Positions 18,918 to 29,226 of a DNA stretch of 64,000 nt are shown here, piece after piece (position 1 is the stretch's first letter; each line of letters opens with the position of its first letter). Below the pieces are notes generated by a model, which saw only the letters and a list, made by a program, of their open reading frames with translations, did no database searches and had not been told where the DNA came from. The translations under genes were made by a program, and so were the position numbers. Source of the DNA: an uncultured Nitrososphaeria archaeon. Its GTDB lineage: Archaea; Thermoproteota; Nitrososphaeria; Geothermarchaeales; JDFR-13. The DNA lies in NCBI GenBank assembly GCA_964529905.1, contig CAZGXJ010000001.1, forward strand, positions 45,054 to 109,053. Reading direction: 5' to 3'.

Positions 18918-19578
18918 AATGTGGAAGAAGTTGAATCTATTTAAATCCGGGGAGAATGAGATCCTCAAAATGCTTGGAAAACATATAACGATTTCTCTTC
19001 ATGCTATGGATAGTCTTATAAGAATGGTCTCTTCAGAGGAAGACATTATTAAATTTAAAAATGATATCGAGAGATATGAGAAGGAGGGAGATAAGTTAGC
19101 ATATAAATCATCCAGATTAGTTATTGAAGGGGCAATATCAATCTTGGCGATAAACAACCTGTTAAAAGTTATTGACGATACCGATATGCTACTGGATAAA
19201 ATACTATACTTAGCCCGTGAAACCTACAGAATAAAGGAGCTATTAAATTTTAAAGATAAAAAGATATGGATACCTGTATATGAAAATATATTACATTCGA
19301 ATCTAATAATAAGAGAGTTGAGCGGATTAATAGATGATGCAAAGGAAAATGGGATGCAGCCTCTTCTTAAGAAGAGGGATAGGATAGAGGAATTAGAAGA
19401 GGAAGGAGATGAAATGAAGGATAGAGCTCTAAACATTTTATATCATATGACCGGCGAGATAGACGACAAAACCTTCATATTATTGAGAAACTACATACTA
19501 ACAATAGATGATCTAGAAGATCTCTGTGAAGACATAGCAAACCATCTAGTCCTGTTAAAACACATCTTCGAAATATAA
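18907..19578 (+). CDS. PhoU-like/DUF47 family phosphate-transport accessory protein
   Basis: 223-aa all-helical protein with two repeat halves, each carrying E..GD-type motifs (YEKEGDKLA; EEEGDEMKD). Sits immediately upstream of a PiT-like transporter, the conserved DUF47-PiT pairing. Confidence 0.6.
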   Translation: MWSEMWKKLNLFKSGENEILKMLGKHITISLHAMDSLIRMVSSEEDIIKFKNDIERYEKEGDKLAYKSSRLVIEGAISILAINNLLKVIDDTDMLLDKILYLARETYRIKELLNFKDKKIWIPVYENILHSNLIIRELSGLIDDAKENGMQPLLKKRDRIEELEEEGDEMKDRALNILYHMTGEIDDKTFILLRNYILTIDDLEDLCEDIANHLVLLKHIFEI

Positions 19579-19589
19579 CTTATATAAGA

Positions 19590-20510
19590 ATGAATATAGA
19601 TTACTACGTAGTAACCATATTAACAAGCCTACTTCTCCTCCTAATCGTTTCAAATAATATTAGCTTGCTAACCGACTACTTGATGATATCTGGCATAACG
19701 AGGAGAAAGAAAGGGAATATATTAGTATCAATGTCGATAATCATTGGACTAATTATAGAAGGATATAAAATGAGGGGATTCACCGATAACCTCTTAACGA
19801 GATACAATGACAAGTTCTTCGCTCTCGTTATTCTCCTAGTCATATTTTCTCTTGGAAACATTGTGAGGCTCCCCACCTCTGCAACACTTTCAACTGTTGG
19901 AACATTTATAGGTATCTCACTTTACTCTGGATATAATATTAAACCAACCCCATTACTTTATCTGAGCCTAATATGGTTTATGTCACCTTTATCAGGTCTA
20001 CTGATTTCATATTTCCTTTATAAACATGTATTATTAAAAGCATCTAACCCGGCATTGGTTAAAGGTCTGGGAGTCTTCTCCACGGTTTTTTTAGGTTATA
20101 CGTTTGGAGCCAATACACTGGGACTTCTATACTCGGTAGGCACAACAGATATCTCATTGAATATACCTTTATACATCTTAGCCATATTAATGGGGGGATC
20201 CCTTTTTACAGCTGGGGTAGGAGAGGAAATAAGTAGATCGGTTCATAGCTATACGATAAAAACCTATGCATCCATATCCCTAGCAACGGCTATGATTATT
20301 GAGGTGGCATCAAATCTATCTATACCGGTTCCATTAACATCACTATTAACAATTACGTTGATTGGCCCTGTCTTAGCTAAGAAGACTAGGTTTGTCTCTA
20401 CTCATATTTTTAAAAAGACCATTTTATTCTGGATACTGATCCCACTTTTAAGTGCATTGTTATCTTATACCACATATTTCCTTATTGATACAATAATCGC
20501 TTCCTTATAA
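19590..20510 (+). CDS. PiT-family-like inorganic phosphate/sulfate transporter (short, degenerate signature)
   Basis: 306-aa polytopic membrane protein. The second-half motif GYTFGANTLGLLYS resembles the PiT G-A-N-D signature, while the first-half equivalent (SNNISLLTD) is degenerate. The DUF47 gene context supports the call. Confidence 0.55.
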   Translation: MNIDYYVVTILTSLLLLLIVSNNISLLTDYLMISGITRRKKGNILVSMSIIIGLIIEGYKMRGFTDNLLTRYNDKFFALVILLVIFSLGNIVRLPTSATLSTVGTFIGISLYSGYNIKPTPLLYLSLIWFMSPLSGLLISYFLYKHVLLKASNPALVKGLGVFSTVFLGYTFGANTLGLLYSVGTTDISLNIPLYILAILMGGSLFTAGVGEEISRSVHSYTIKTYASISLATAMIIEVASNLSIPVPLTSLLTITLIGPVLAKKTRFVSTHIFKKTILFWILIPLLSALLSYTTYFLIDTIIASL

Positions 20511-23082
20511 GGAGAGCAAAGCCTACTGAAATCAGGATTCCAGGGATAAACCATATAAGGTAGGTTCCATAGACATCTTCTTTAACAGTTACATATACCG
20601 TTTTTATTAATCTCTCATCAAATTGGTCTCCTAGGAAATCATAGGATAAGGTAATGTTTTTTATCTGGTATGTTCCTGGTGTTTTAGCAAATAGCGTGAC
20701 TTCTACTGTCTGCTCGGTTGATGTTAGGTTTACCCTTATACCATCAGACTTCGAATAGTTTATTATATCTATACCTTTAGGGACATCTAAAAATAGCTTT
20801 ATATCCCTGTAAACCTTAAGAGTATCGGCCGTTATTCTCAGCTTCAAAATAAATTCTTTATTTACTGGAATATTTATTCTGTTATTAAGTACTTCTATAT
20901 CTAGACCACTATAAACAGAGATATTTCCTAGTTTAATAGTATCTACACGTAGCTTACCCAAATACCAATAACTAACCCTCATGGTAGGAAGAGAATAGTT
21001 TCCTGGAGATGGAGATGTGAAATTGAAGGTAAAGGTCTCATTTAAATAACCATCTATCCTAGGTCTATTTACTTCATTCGGAAATATTTCAATATCACTT
21101 CCCCTACTAAATGTTATTGATAAGTTATATATTGGTTCTTCAAACCTATTCGACAGAATAAAGGAAAAGCTATAACTTTCCCCGCTCATCGTCTGATTCC
21201 TAAATCCAGCTATCTCTGAATCTATCGTATTATAGAAATAATCTATGTCGTTTTGATAAAGAAGCCTCTTACCCTTAAATATCTTCACTTCTGGAATAAA
21301 TGTGATGGTGGTTCCACCATAACTGACATTTAATTTCAATGTAAACGGCTCATCAACATCTATAGAAACATCCCTTAAGATATAATAACTACCAGATACT
21401 GTGAGGTTATGAGAAGAATTAATTAGTTTACCTGAGAACAGCCTGACATATATATCTAATCCGTGTATAGGAGACTTAACTTGGTTACTCATCCTCAATG
21501 TATATGTAGCAAAGGATTCGTTTACCTTGAAGTAATTAAAGTTGACTTTTACAGGAAAATCTACATATATATCAAGTATTGGGGAGATATCGAAAGATGA
21601 AGATGTAATCCTATAAGTCTTATTTTCGAATCTATAGGATGCATCTACGGAAAATGTCTTTAACAACTCATCTATAGATTTATACTCAATCGTTCTATTT
21701 ATTACTACTGAAGAACCAGGGTCTAGATCTCCTATTAAGAATCCCGAGAAAATCACATCTCTAGCTACTATATCTCCTTGATTTGATATTTTAGCTGATA
21801 TCGTAGAACTCGAACTAGCCTTCGGCTCTTCTTTTTCATTACTTAAAACTTGAAGATTTATTAAGGGTGATGGACGATTTAGATGCAGTATATTTGAATT
21901 AGACTTATATGAAACAGTTTTATCAACTAAAAATGATACTTGGACTATAGCTGGTTGAATATAAACATCTATCGGTTCAGAGGTATTTATTTTAATGGTA
22001 TATTTTATTGATTTGGTTACTCCAGGACTGATCACACCATATGTCTTCTCAGTCTCACCAGATACCAAAATAATTTTTTCTCCATCCCACCATTCTGATT
22101 CTGTGATCGATGCATTAAAAATGGGTCCAGACCATGAAGGGACAGTTACATTTAGCATAACATCTATATACTGACCATTAGAAAATTGGGAACTATTAAA
22201 CCATCTCTGAACAATTACAACTGGAGAATATGGATATAATCCGAAGGAGACATCAGCGGGAGAGCCTAAATTAACTGGATTATCGGTATAAAATATAGTT
22301 ACATCATTTTGAGGATCATATGATGATGAGAAATTAACATCGGGCTTTGAATAAATATATACATTTTTGAAATATAGGAATAACTCTGAGGACACACCCG
22401 ATTTGTTCTTATAAGGCTGTGAAGTAGATAAAACATTCGATAACCTCCAGACGTTATCCCTTATAGCAGCCTGCTTAAAAACGTATATATATAGATAAGC
22501 CGTCTCATTTCTAACCTGTATATTCAGAATTAGCACATCTCCAATGCTTCTTATGGCTAAGGGATCAACCCATTTCAAAAATGGAGTATAATTACCAGGC
22601 TGGATAACAGATGAGAAAAATCTGCCAAAAGCATCAAACTCTGTATAACCTACGTATTCTCCATCTTTCTGTAGAAACCTTGTATTTAAAATCTCTGAGA
22701 AAGTTCGGACAAATTGGTCTTCAGCACCTGGTACTATACTATCTATTTTGAGGGCGATTGAATTATGGGGGAATACCTCGAACATTAAATCTCTATAATA
22801 ATCTCCTTCTATAAAGTATAGATATTGGGATTTCCAATCCCTAATATATATATCGGTGATATTAAGGCTAAGGCTGGATAAATCCATCTCCAGAACATCT
22901 GATAATTTTCTATAGAATAAATCATAATTCTCTATCGTTAGATTAATAAAAACATTCTGTGAAAGTGTATATATTTTTAGAGACTCTTTTACATTTGAGC
23001 TATTTTCAGCCTTTACACCACCAATAAATCCTATACTCATAGATAAGATTATAACGAGTATTATTATCGATGATCCCTTCAT
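20482..23082 (-). CDS. Large secreted, C-terminally anchored surface (glyco)protein with a CARDB-like segment
   Basis: Sec signal MKGSSIIILVIILSMSIGFIGGVKA/EN and a C-terminal TM plus basic tail LIWFIPGILISVGFALLIRKR. Dozens of N-x-S/T sequons. A segment ISAKISNQGDIVARDVIFSGFLIGDLDPGSSVVINRTIEY resembles CARDB/adhesin beta-sandwich domains. Confidence 0.5.
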   Translation of the reverse strand: MKGSSIIILVIILSMSIGFIGGVKAENSSNVKESLKIYTLSQNVFINLTIENYDLFYRKLSDVLEMDLSSLSLNITDIYIRDWKSQYLYFIEGDYYRDLMFEVFPHNSIALKIDSIVPGAEDQFVRTFSEILNTRFLQKDGEYVGYTEFDAFGRFFSSVIQPGNYTPFLKWVDPLAIRSIGDVLILNIQVRNETAYLYIYVFKQAAIRDNVWRLSNVLSTSQPYKNKSGVSSELFLYFKNVYIYSKPDVNFSSSYDPQNDVTIFYTDNPVNLGSPADVSFGLYPYSPVVIVQRWFNSSQFSNGQYIDVMLNVTVPSWSGPIFNASITESEWWDGEKIILVSGETEKTYGVISPGVTKSIKYTIKINTSEPIDVYIQPAIVQVSFLVDKTVSYKSNSNILHLNRPSPLINLQVLSNEKEEPKASSSSTISAKISNQGDIVARDVIFSGFLIGDLDPGSSVVINRTIEYKSIDELLKTFSVDASYRFENKTYRITSSSFDISPILDIYVDFPVKVNFNYFKVNESFATYTLRMSNQVKSPIHGLDIYVRLFSGKLINSSHNLTVSGSYYILRDVSIDVDEPFTLKLNVSYGGTTITFIPEVKIFKGKRLLYQNDIDYFYNTIDSEIAGFRNQTMSGESYSFSFILSNRFEEPIYNLSITFSRGSDIEIFPNEVNRPRIDGYLNETFTFNFTSPSPGNYSLPTMRVSYWYLGKLRVDTIKLGNISVYSGLDIEVLNNRINIPVNKEFILKLRITADTLKVYRDIKLFLDVPKGIDIINYSKSDGIRVNLTSTEQTVEVTLFAKTPGTYQIKNITLSYDFLGDQFDERLIKTVYVTVKEDVYGTYLIWFIPGILISVGFALLIRKRLLYQ

Positions 23083-23166
23083 TTCCCAGTCTCCCCTGTA
23101 TCCTGATTAAGGAAATATAATTTTTCATACACCAATATATAAAAAATCTCAATATACAGGGTACTT

Positions 23167-24156
23167 TTAAGGATCAGTTATTCCTGCTTCACTTATTTTA
23201 AATAAGACTTCTCTAGGTGGATGTTCAGGGCTGTCAACTATAGATGCTATTCTTAGATCAGCAGCTTTAGCCTTCTTTAAATATATCCTATACGTTACCG
23301 CATGTGCAACTACATGCCCTCCAATGGGACGGGTTGGATCCCCAAACATAACATCTGGACGGGCTTGAACTTGGTTTGTTATAACAATAGCAACATCATA
23401 TACTTCGGCTATTCTTAATAAATCATGCATAAACCTATTGAGGAGTTGTTGTCTTTCACTCAATCTCCCTCTACCTAAGTATTCAGCTCTAAAGGGTCCT
23501 ACAGCCGAGTCTATAGCTATGAAGCCTACATCATTCTTCTTAATAATTTCTGGTAGTTTTTTAACCATGTTCAAAAGTATCACTGTATTATATGGCCTTC
23601 CTACAACTATATTCTTTAAAACCGTATTTGGATCCAACTTTTTGTTTAATGCAATCTCAATTATTCTATCTGGACTAAAGGTATTTTCTGTATCAATATA
23701 AATAGCAGATTTATTTAGTCCTCCTTCTTCCTCGGGTAGTTGAACGTTTACCGCTAATGTATGACATAATTGAGTTTTACCACTTCCAAATTCACCATAA
23801 AACTCTGTAACAGCTTGGGTTGGGATCCCCCCTTTCATCATCTCGTCTAGGTTATTTGAACCAGTCTTAATATATTTTCTTGCTCTTCTCTGTTCGAGAA
23901 GTTCAGTTGCCGATGTAAAATCTTTAGGTACCAAACCCAATTCCTTAAGATGTTCATACCCCTGGAGAACCAGTTTCTCAGCCCTCTCCACGGGGATACC
24001 AGTTATCTCAGATATATAGATAGGAGAATATAGAAGTAGATCTTGGATAGTATATATACCAGCCTCCCTTAATTTTTTAGCCGTTACCTCACCTACTCCT
24101 TTTAAATTGCTAATTTCAAGTTCTTTTTCAATAAATTCATATTCATCTGACACCAT
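23167..24156 (-). CDS. radA: DNA repair and recombination protein RadA
   Basis: HhH N-domain LKGVGEVTAKKLREAGIYTIQDL, Walker A GEFGSGKTQLCHTLAV, IYIDTENTF, and Walker B VGFIAIDS. Confidence 0.93.
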   Translation of the reverse strand: MVSDEYEFIEKELEISNLKGVGEVTAKKLREAGIYTIQDLLLYSPIYISEITGIPVERAEKLVLQGYEHLKELGLVPKDFTSATELLEQRRARKYIKTGSNNLDEMMKGGIPTQAVTEFYGEFGSGKTQLCHTLAVNVQLPEEEGGLNKSAIYIDTENTFSPDRIIEIALNKKLDPNTVLKNIVVGRPYNTVILLNMVKKLPEIIKKNDVGFIAIDSAVGPFRAEYLGRGRLSERQQLLNRFMHDLLRIAEVYDVAIVITNQVQARPDVMFGDPTRPIGGHVVAHAVTYRIYLKKAKAADLRIASIVDSPEHPPREVLFKISEAGITDP

Positions 24157-24242
24157 ATTAAAACCTCCTTCCTTCTGAATTAATTGAGAAGACGAACCAA
24201 TATTTATATCTATCTTACTGCTCTATAAAATAGGTTCGGAAT

Positions 24243-25559
24243 CTACGGATATATTCTACTGGGGGTCCTAGGGAATAAAGTAGCATCTCTTACATGTGGA
24301 AGCTTAAGAAGCCATCTGGCAACTCTTTCGACACCCATTCCAAATCCTGAGTGCGGCGGCATACCATACTTTCTAATATCTAGATACCATTGGTAATCTT
24401 CCGGATTCAAACCAAATTCTTTTATTTTTCTCAATAGATCTTCATACTTATGTATACGTTGCCCACCAGATGTTATTTCACCATATCCATCTGGAGCCAT
24501 TAAATCCGACGATAGAGTAACCTTTTCATTGTTAGGATCATTCATATGATAAAAACTCCTTGTATTCACTGGGAAATGAGTTACGAAAAAGGGAGTGTCG
24601 AATTCCTTGCTTAATATTCTCTCCTCATCCGATCCAAAATCTTCGCCCCACTCAATGTTAACGCCCTTAGATTGTAAAATTGAGATTGCCTCTTCATACT
24701 TAATCCTAGGGAAAGGATCCTCATACTCCTTTAATAAAGATCCGTTAAGTAGGAATTTAATTTCCTTTTCATAGTTTCTATTCAGGTAACTAATTATATG
24801 TTTAAGCAATTCTTCTTCTACATCCATAATATCATCATGTGTTAAGAAAGCTGCTTCAGCCTCTATATGTAGAAATTCAGTTAAATGTTTCCTAGTTCTT
24901 GATTTCTCAGCTCGGAAGCTGGGTTGTACGACAAAAACCTTTTCAAAGACACATATTGCAGCTTCTTCATAAAACTGACTGCTTTGCGTCAGGTATGCAT
25001 ATCTATCGAAATATTTCAACTTAAATAATGTAGCACCACCTTCAACAGCAGCTGTTATGAATGTGGGGGCAGTTATAAACACATATCCATTTTTAGTGAA
25101 GTATTCAATAGAACCTAAAATTATCCCCTCCCTAACTAGTAGAATAGACCTACTTCTAGGACCTCTCATAGTCAGATGGCGTAGGTCATACATCGTATCA
25201 GGTGCATTTAGGACCTCCTTCGTAATGGGCCATACATCGGCATCTGCCACTACATGTATTTCATTTACATGGACCTCTTTACCTCCAGGTGCCCTTACAT
25301 CACTTTTGACAACTCCTCTAACAGCTACAGCGGATTCGATGTTTAGGTTCTTAGTTTTCTCAAATAACGACGTGGAAGATCCCTGCGAAACAACTAGCTG
25401 GATATATCCATATCTATCTCTTAACTGTAGAAATACTTTATCCTTATGCTCTCTTTTAAATGCAATCCATCCAATTAATCTAACCTCTTTTCCATCCTCC
25501 ATTGAGAATACATCCCTTGAAAATGCATTTCTATATTTACCCCAACTAATATTTTCCAT
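24243..25559 (-). CDS. asnS: Asparagine--tRNA ligase (class IIb; AspRS not fully excluded)
   Basis: Class II motifs FRAEKSRTRKHLTEF and GFGMGVERV. YQWYLDIRKYGMPPHSGFG and the terminal FPRTPSRIYP resemble archaeal AsnRS more than AspRS; 438 aa. Confidence 0.78.
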   Translation of the reverse strand: MENISWGKYRNAFSRDVFSMEDGKEVRLIGWIAFKREHKDKVFLQLRDRYGYIQLVVSQGSSTSLFEKTKNLNIESAVAVRGVVKSDVRAPGGKEVHVNEIHVVADADVWPITKEVLNAPDTMYDLRHLTMRGPRSRSILLVREGIILGSIEYFTKNGYVFITAPTFITAAVEGGATLFKLKYFDRYAYLTQSSQFYEEAAICVFEKVFVVQPSFRAEKSRTRKHLTEFLHIEAEAAFLTHDDIMDVEEELLKHIISYLNRNYEKEIKFLLNGSLLKEYEDPFPRIKYEEAISILQSKGVNIEWGEDFGSDEERILSKEFDTPFFVTHFPVNTRSFYHMNDPNNEKVTLSSDLMAPDGYGEITSGGQRIHKYEDLLRKIKEFGLNPEDYQWYLDIRKYGMPPHSGFGMGVERVARWLLKLPHVRDATLFPRTPSRIYP

Positions 25560-26691
25560 TTTTCACACCCACCACATATTCAATTATTCCATTTATACCT
25601 TTAAGTCTCAACATTTCCTTCCTCACTTTTAATATATTGTCAAACAATACCTCAAGTGAGCCATAGATGTGAAAAATTTTCTTAATAACATACTCTGGAT
25701 TAAGAAGTAAATGCGTATACGGTACTTTCATTCCTATACCCAAACGCTCAACAGATACAGCATTTCCTTCTTGCTCGGTTTGGAAGGGAGCAGGTGATAT
25801 CAACATAGGTGTAGCGGTTAAGATAGCTTCTAAAATAGATGTTTGCCCTCCTCTCAACATAACGATCTTACTTCGACTTAGTACATCCAATGAATTCGTA
25901 ACCCATCCGAGAAGTTCGACGTTTCCAAACTTTCTTGGCGGCGTATTTATACCTATTATAACTACTTTGAGTTCTAAACGTTTTAACATTCGAATAAGAT
26001 TTAATATTCTCAAAAAATACCTTTCCTTATCCCCTCTAGGTGCGCTTATTAATAGTAATAAATCAATGTCTCTCTCATAAATGGGAACTGGCTCTCTTTC
26101 ATATTCACTATAATCTAATAGTAGACCTACATATTCTACATTATTTTTGTGCCATGTTAAGGGAACGGTATTTAAATAAGATATCGTATAGGGAGGGGGG
26201 AGGTCGCTTATAAATATTTTATCGGGTTTACCCCATAAAACGTCAAAACCCTCTCTTATAAAAATGTTGAGTATTTTAGATAGAGATACAACACTTAACT
26301 GATTTGCCACTATAGCATATGGAATATCAAGTAGATAAGATGCAAACGCAGTTGAGAGTCTAGAATCTGATAGAACTAAATTAGGAGAGATTCTTTTAAT
26401 TAATTGTATCTCTCTTCTAAAGTGGTTTATAAGCCTCTGCTGATTTAGAATACCCCACGATATTGACCTCCTCCACTCGAGACCTCTGTCACTCCATACG
26501 TAATTATATCCAACGAGGCCGAGAAGATGATAGGATCTGTCTCGACCAATAAGGGTTTTAAGCGTCTTATATCCATCACCATAGGTAGATATATATATAT
26601 CAATACCAAGATCCAATAACTTTTTACATACCCTGAAAGATCTAATAGCGTGGCCGCGTCCAACTCCATTGACACCCATATATAACTTCAA
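25546..26691 (-). CDS. Glycosyltransferase, GT1/GT28 (MurG/UGT-like) fold
   Basis: N-terminal GVNGVGRGHAIR and C-terminal LRGGQTSILEAILTATPMLISPAPFQTEQEGNA (nucleotide-sugar binding pattern). The likely start is the TTG at 26691, 4 nt after the upstream stop, or the ATG at 26679. The track's 26784 start would overlap the AMMECR1 gene. Confidence 0.65.
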   Translation of the reverse strand: MKLYMGVNGVGRGHAIRSFRVCKKLLDLGIDIYISTYGDGYKTLKTLIGRDRSYHLLGLVGYNYVWSDRGLEWRRSISWGILNQQRLINHFRREIQLIKRISPNLVLSDSRLSTAFASYLLDIPYAIVANQLSVVSLSKILNIFIREGFDVLWGKPDKIFISDLPPPYTISYLNTVPLTWHKNNVEYVGLLLDYSEYEREPVPIYERDIDLLLLISAPRGDKERYFLRILNLIRMLKRLELKVVIIGINTPPRKFGNVELLGWVTNSLDVLSRSKIVMLRGGQTSILEAILTATPMLISPAPFQTEQEGNAVSVERLGIGMKVPYTHLLLNPEYVIKKIFHIYGSLEVLFDNILKVRKEMLRLKGINGIIEYVVGVKNGKY

Positions 26692-26695
26692 TTTC

Positions 26696-27316
26696 TTAAA
26701 ACACCCTTTCCACCACGGGACCGTTAGGATATTCTTCGATAAACACCTTTGCACTGAAGCGGTATATCTCAACCTCAGGATCAAGCCACATATCTGGAGT
26801 TAGACCCGCTTTAAAACAGAGATGTGATAGATATTCTTTGACGTTCCATCCATAGTCAACGGGAACTTGGGGCAGTAATAATGCGGATGCCCCTCTATAC
26901 TTTAAAATCAAGCCGTCTCTTCCAATCTTAATCTTATCTAAGTACTCTAAAGGATTTTTTACGTTTATCTTTTCGGGTGGAGATAGTATGGATAATTCAA
27001 TGACTATATCATTTAACTCATTAATAGATAGCCTTGAAAAACGGGGATCATTTACGGCTGACTCAATAGCGCTAAGAGCAACACCCTTATATAATGGATA
27101 GACTGGTTGTGGAAATCCGATACATCCCCTCAATTCTTTCCTTGGCAATTTGTATAGTGATACAAAGACACCAAAAACTCTATTTAATTTTTCTGGGATA
27201 TCTTCGTCGAAATCAGGAATTCTACCTTTTTCAAGATAATATTTTATAGACTTCCTTGCTAACGAAATCAGATATTTTGCCTCATTAATGCTTATATCCA
27301 TTTCCCTCATCACCAA
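26696..27316 (-). CDS. AMMECR1-domain protein
   Basis: LRGCIGFPQPVYPLYKGVALSAIESAVNDPRF is the AMMECR1 signature; 206 aa. Confidence 0.85.
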   Translation of the reverse strand: MVMREMDISINEAKYLISLARKSIKYYLEKGRIPDFDEDIPEKLNRVFGVFVSLYKLPRKELRGCIGFPQPVYPLYKGVALSAIESAVNDPRFSRLSINELNDIVIELSILSPPEKINVKNPLEYLDKIKIGRDGLILKYRGASALLLPQVPVDYGWNVKEYLSHLCFKAGLTPDMWLDPEVEIYRFSAKVFIEEYPNGPVVERVF

Positions 27317-27370
27317 TTAATACTATTATAGAAGAAAACACTAAACAATAATTATGATATTATAGTGTGA

Positions 27371-28462
27371 ATGCTTATGCAACATATATTTAGAGAAAAT
27401 GGTGAGATATATTTTAGTTTAGAGTATTTACCCGAAGAAACTCCCCACAGAGAGGAACAGATAAACATATTAAAAAATTATATTATCAGGGGTTTAAGGA
27501 ATAAAGCGTATAGACCACCGATAATATTGGGTCCGTCTGGGACGGGGAAGACGACTGTGATTAAAAAAGTTCTCTATGAAATTCGGATGGAATATGAGAA
27601 CATAGAAGCTGAAAATTTTAATATGATGGTTGTGTCCTCCACCTATTCAGCCATTAGAACTATTTGTTCTTATATAACACCAATACCAGAAAGAGGTCTA
27701 TCTATAGGAGAAATCATTGAAAGGTTATATAGCACACTTGAGATGAGAAATCTATACTTTTTCGTTGGATTGGATGATTCCGATGAATTATTGAGGAGAG
27801 ATAAGGGCAAGATACTTGAGATTTTAACCAGATTGAATGAACAATTTGGTGAATATAGAGTTTATCCAATAGTCGTTGTTAGGGATATTAAGCCGATTTA
27901 TGTACTACCGGACCATATAAGAAGCAAATTAGGAGGAATAATGCTGAGATTTAACCCATATAACTATAAACAATTAATTGACATTTCACGAGAAAGAATT
28001 CGAAAAGGTTTTAGAGACGATGTAATAAGTGAGAATGCCGTTAAAAATGCCGCATTAATTACGGAAATAAAATTTGGGGGAAATGCAAGAGAGATGATAA
28101 CTCTTCTATATAATGCTGGAGTTAGAGCCGAAGCAATCCGACAATATAAAATTACATCTGATCTTATTAGACAGGTCTTTTTCGAAGGATACTATACCCA
28201 TATAATTGGTATAACTGATAAAAAAGATCTAATCGAGTTGTTAAATGTAATTATCAAAGAACTTGATGAGGATGAATATGAGTTAGATAATGACGTTTTG
28301 CGCAGGATATACTCAGAGTATAGAAAAGTATATAACATACCTTGGGACAAGTTCCTTAAGAAATTGGAATATTTAACATATCTCGGCTACCTGACATATA
28401 GAGAAAATAAATATTTAAACTTATATCTTCCCAAATCTCTTCTATCAAAGAAATACTTATGA
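27371..28462 (+). CDS. cdc6: Orc1/Cdc6-family AAA+ initiator paralogue (short)
   Basis: YLPEETPHREEQINILKNY..., Walker A LGPSGTGKTT, Walker B region FFVGLDDSDELL, sensor region FNPYNYKQLIDI and GGNAREMITLL. 363 aa with a reduced C-terminal winged helix. Confidence 0.7.
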   Translation: MLMQHIFRENGEIYFSLEYLPEETPHREEQINILKNYIIRGLRNKAYRPPIILGPSGTGKTTVIKKVLYEIRMEYENIEAENFNMMVVSSTYSAIRTICSYITPIPERGLSIGEIIERLYSTLEMRNLYFFVGLDDSDELLRRDKGKILEILTRLNEQFGEYRVYPIVVVRDIKPIYVLPDHIRSKLGGIMLRFNPYNYKQLIDISRERIRKGFRDDVISENAVKNAALITEIKFGGNAREMITLLYNAGVRAEAIRQYKITSDLIRQVFFEGYYTHIIGITDKKDLIELLNVIIKELDEDEYELDNDVLRRIYSEYRKVYNIPWDKFLKKLEYLTYLGYLTYRENKYLNLYLPKSLLSKKYL

Positions 28463-28537
28463 ATTGAAAATACTTTCACTCACCCCTCCCTATGGATACT
28501 CTCCTACATACTATATTAACTATCCCAATGTAATGAG

Positions 28538-28846
28538 ATGCCTAAAATAGCTTTGTATATCCCAAGAAGATCAATCGGTTCAGATAGGATCAATAAAATA
28601 AGGAATATGCTTAGAGAAGAATGTAAACTTCTAGGCTTAGAGTATGTAGAAAAAGAGAATGACGAAGAATATCCAATAATTTATCTTGAAGATAGTGAAA
28701 CAACTACATTTCTATACATAGAGGATGAGGCAGAGGAAAGTTTAGAAAACATCAGGGCAATGGTAAGAGTATTGACTCTGGTCGCCCTACTTTCAGAAGA
28801 AAAAGTAAGAAGAGAAGAAGTCAGAACCATATTAACTAAAAAATAG
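28538..28846 (+). CDS. Hypothetical acidic protein
   Basis: 102-aa ORF with no recognisable motif. An acidic central stretch reads YLEDSETTTFLYIEDEAEESLE. Confidence 0.3.
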   Translation: MPKIALYIPRRSIGSDRINKIRNMLREECKLLGLEYVEKENDEEYPIIYLEDSETTTFLYIEDEAEESLENIRAMVRVLTLVALLSEEKVRREEVRTILTKK

Positions 28847-29013
28847 GGAAAACATAATCGCACATCTCATAAATCTATAAGACCACACGATATTCAAAAT
28901 AAATAACTAGATAAAATTTATTTGAAAATGATACGACCATATAAGAAATAAACTAATATGCTTTCATAGAGGAAAACTATTAAAATGATGTGACAAAATT
29001 GATAATGATTTGA

Positions 29014-29101
29014 GGGGCCGTGGTCTAGCTTGGCGAGGATGCCAGCCTGGGGACTTAAGCCAGAACGCTGGTGGACCCGGGTTCAAATCCCGGCGGCCCC
29101 A
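29014..29101 (+). tRNA. tRNA-Pro (anticodon GGG) with a 13-nt intron at the canonical 37/38 position
   Basis: Hand-folded: acceptor GGGGCCG/CGGCCCC; anticodon stem CCAGC/GCTGG; loop CT-GGG-G[ACTTAAGCCAGAA]C; T-arm CCGGG-TTCAAAT-CCCGG. 88 nt = 75 + 13; no encoded CCA. Confidence 0.85.
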
Positions 29102-29226
29102 TTACACCCTGATTTTGGTGTTTATTCCTTAGTTTTATGGAAAAATTAGGGATTCTCCACGTTAACCTTAAATGATTATTAAGAATAGGTTTCTCAACAG
29201 TTTCAAGTATTTTCTTTTTATGGTTA

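Noticed and set aside
25057-25632. A 191-aa + ORF antisense to asnS
   Set aside because: It lies entirely within the well-supported AsnRS gene. Its translation has no motif and a composition typical of antisense frames.
29150-29165. TCTCCAC core (also at about 51963), reminiscent of crenarchaeal ORB elements
   Set aside because: Single copies. Each lacks the GGAAAC half and any inverted partner. A 7-mer is expected by chance several times in 64 kb.
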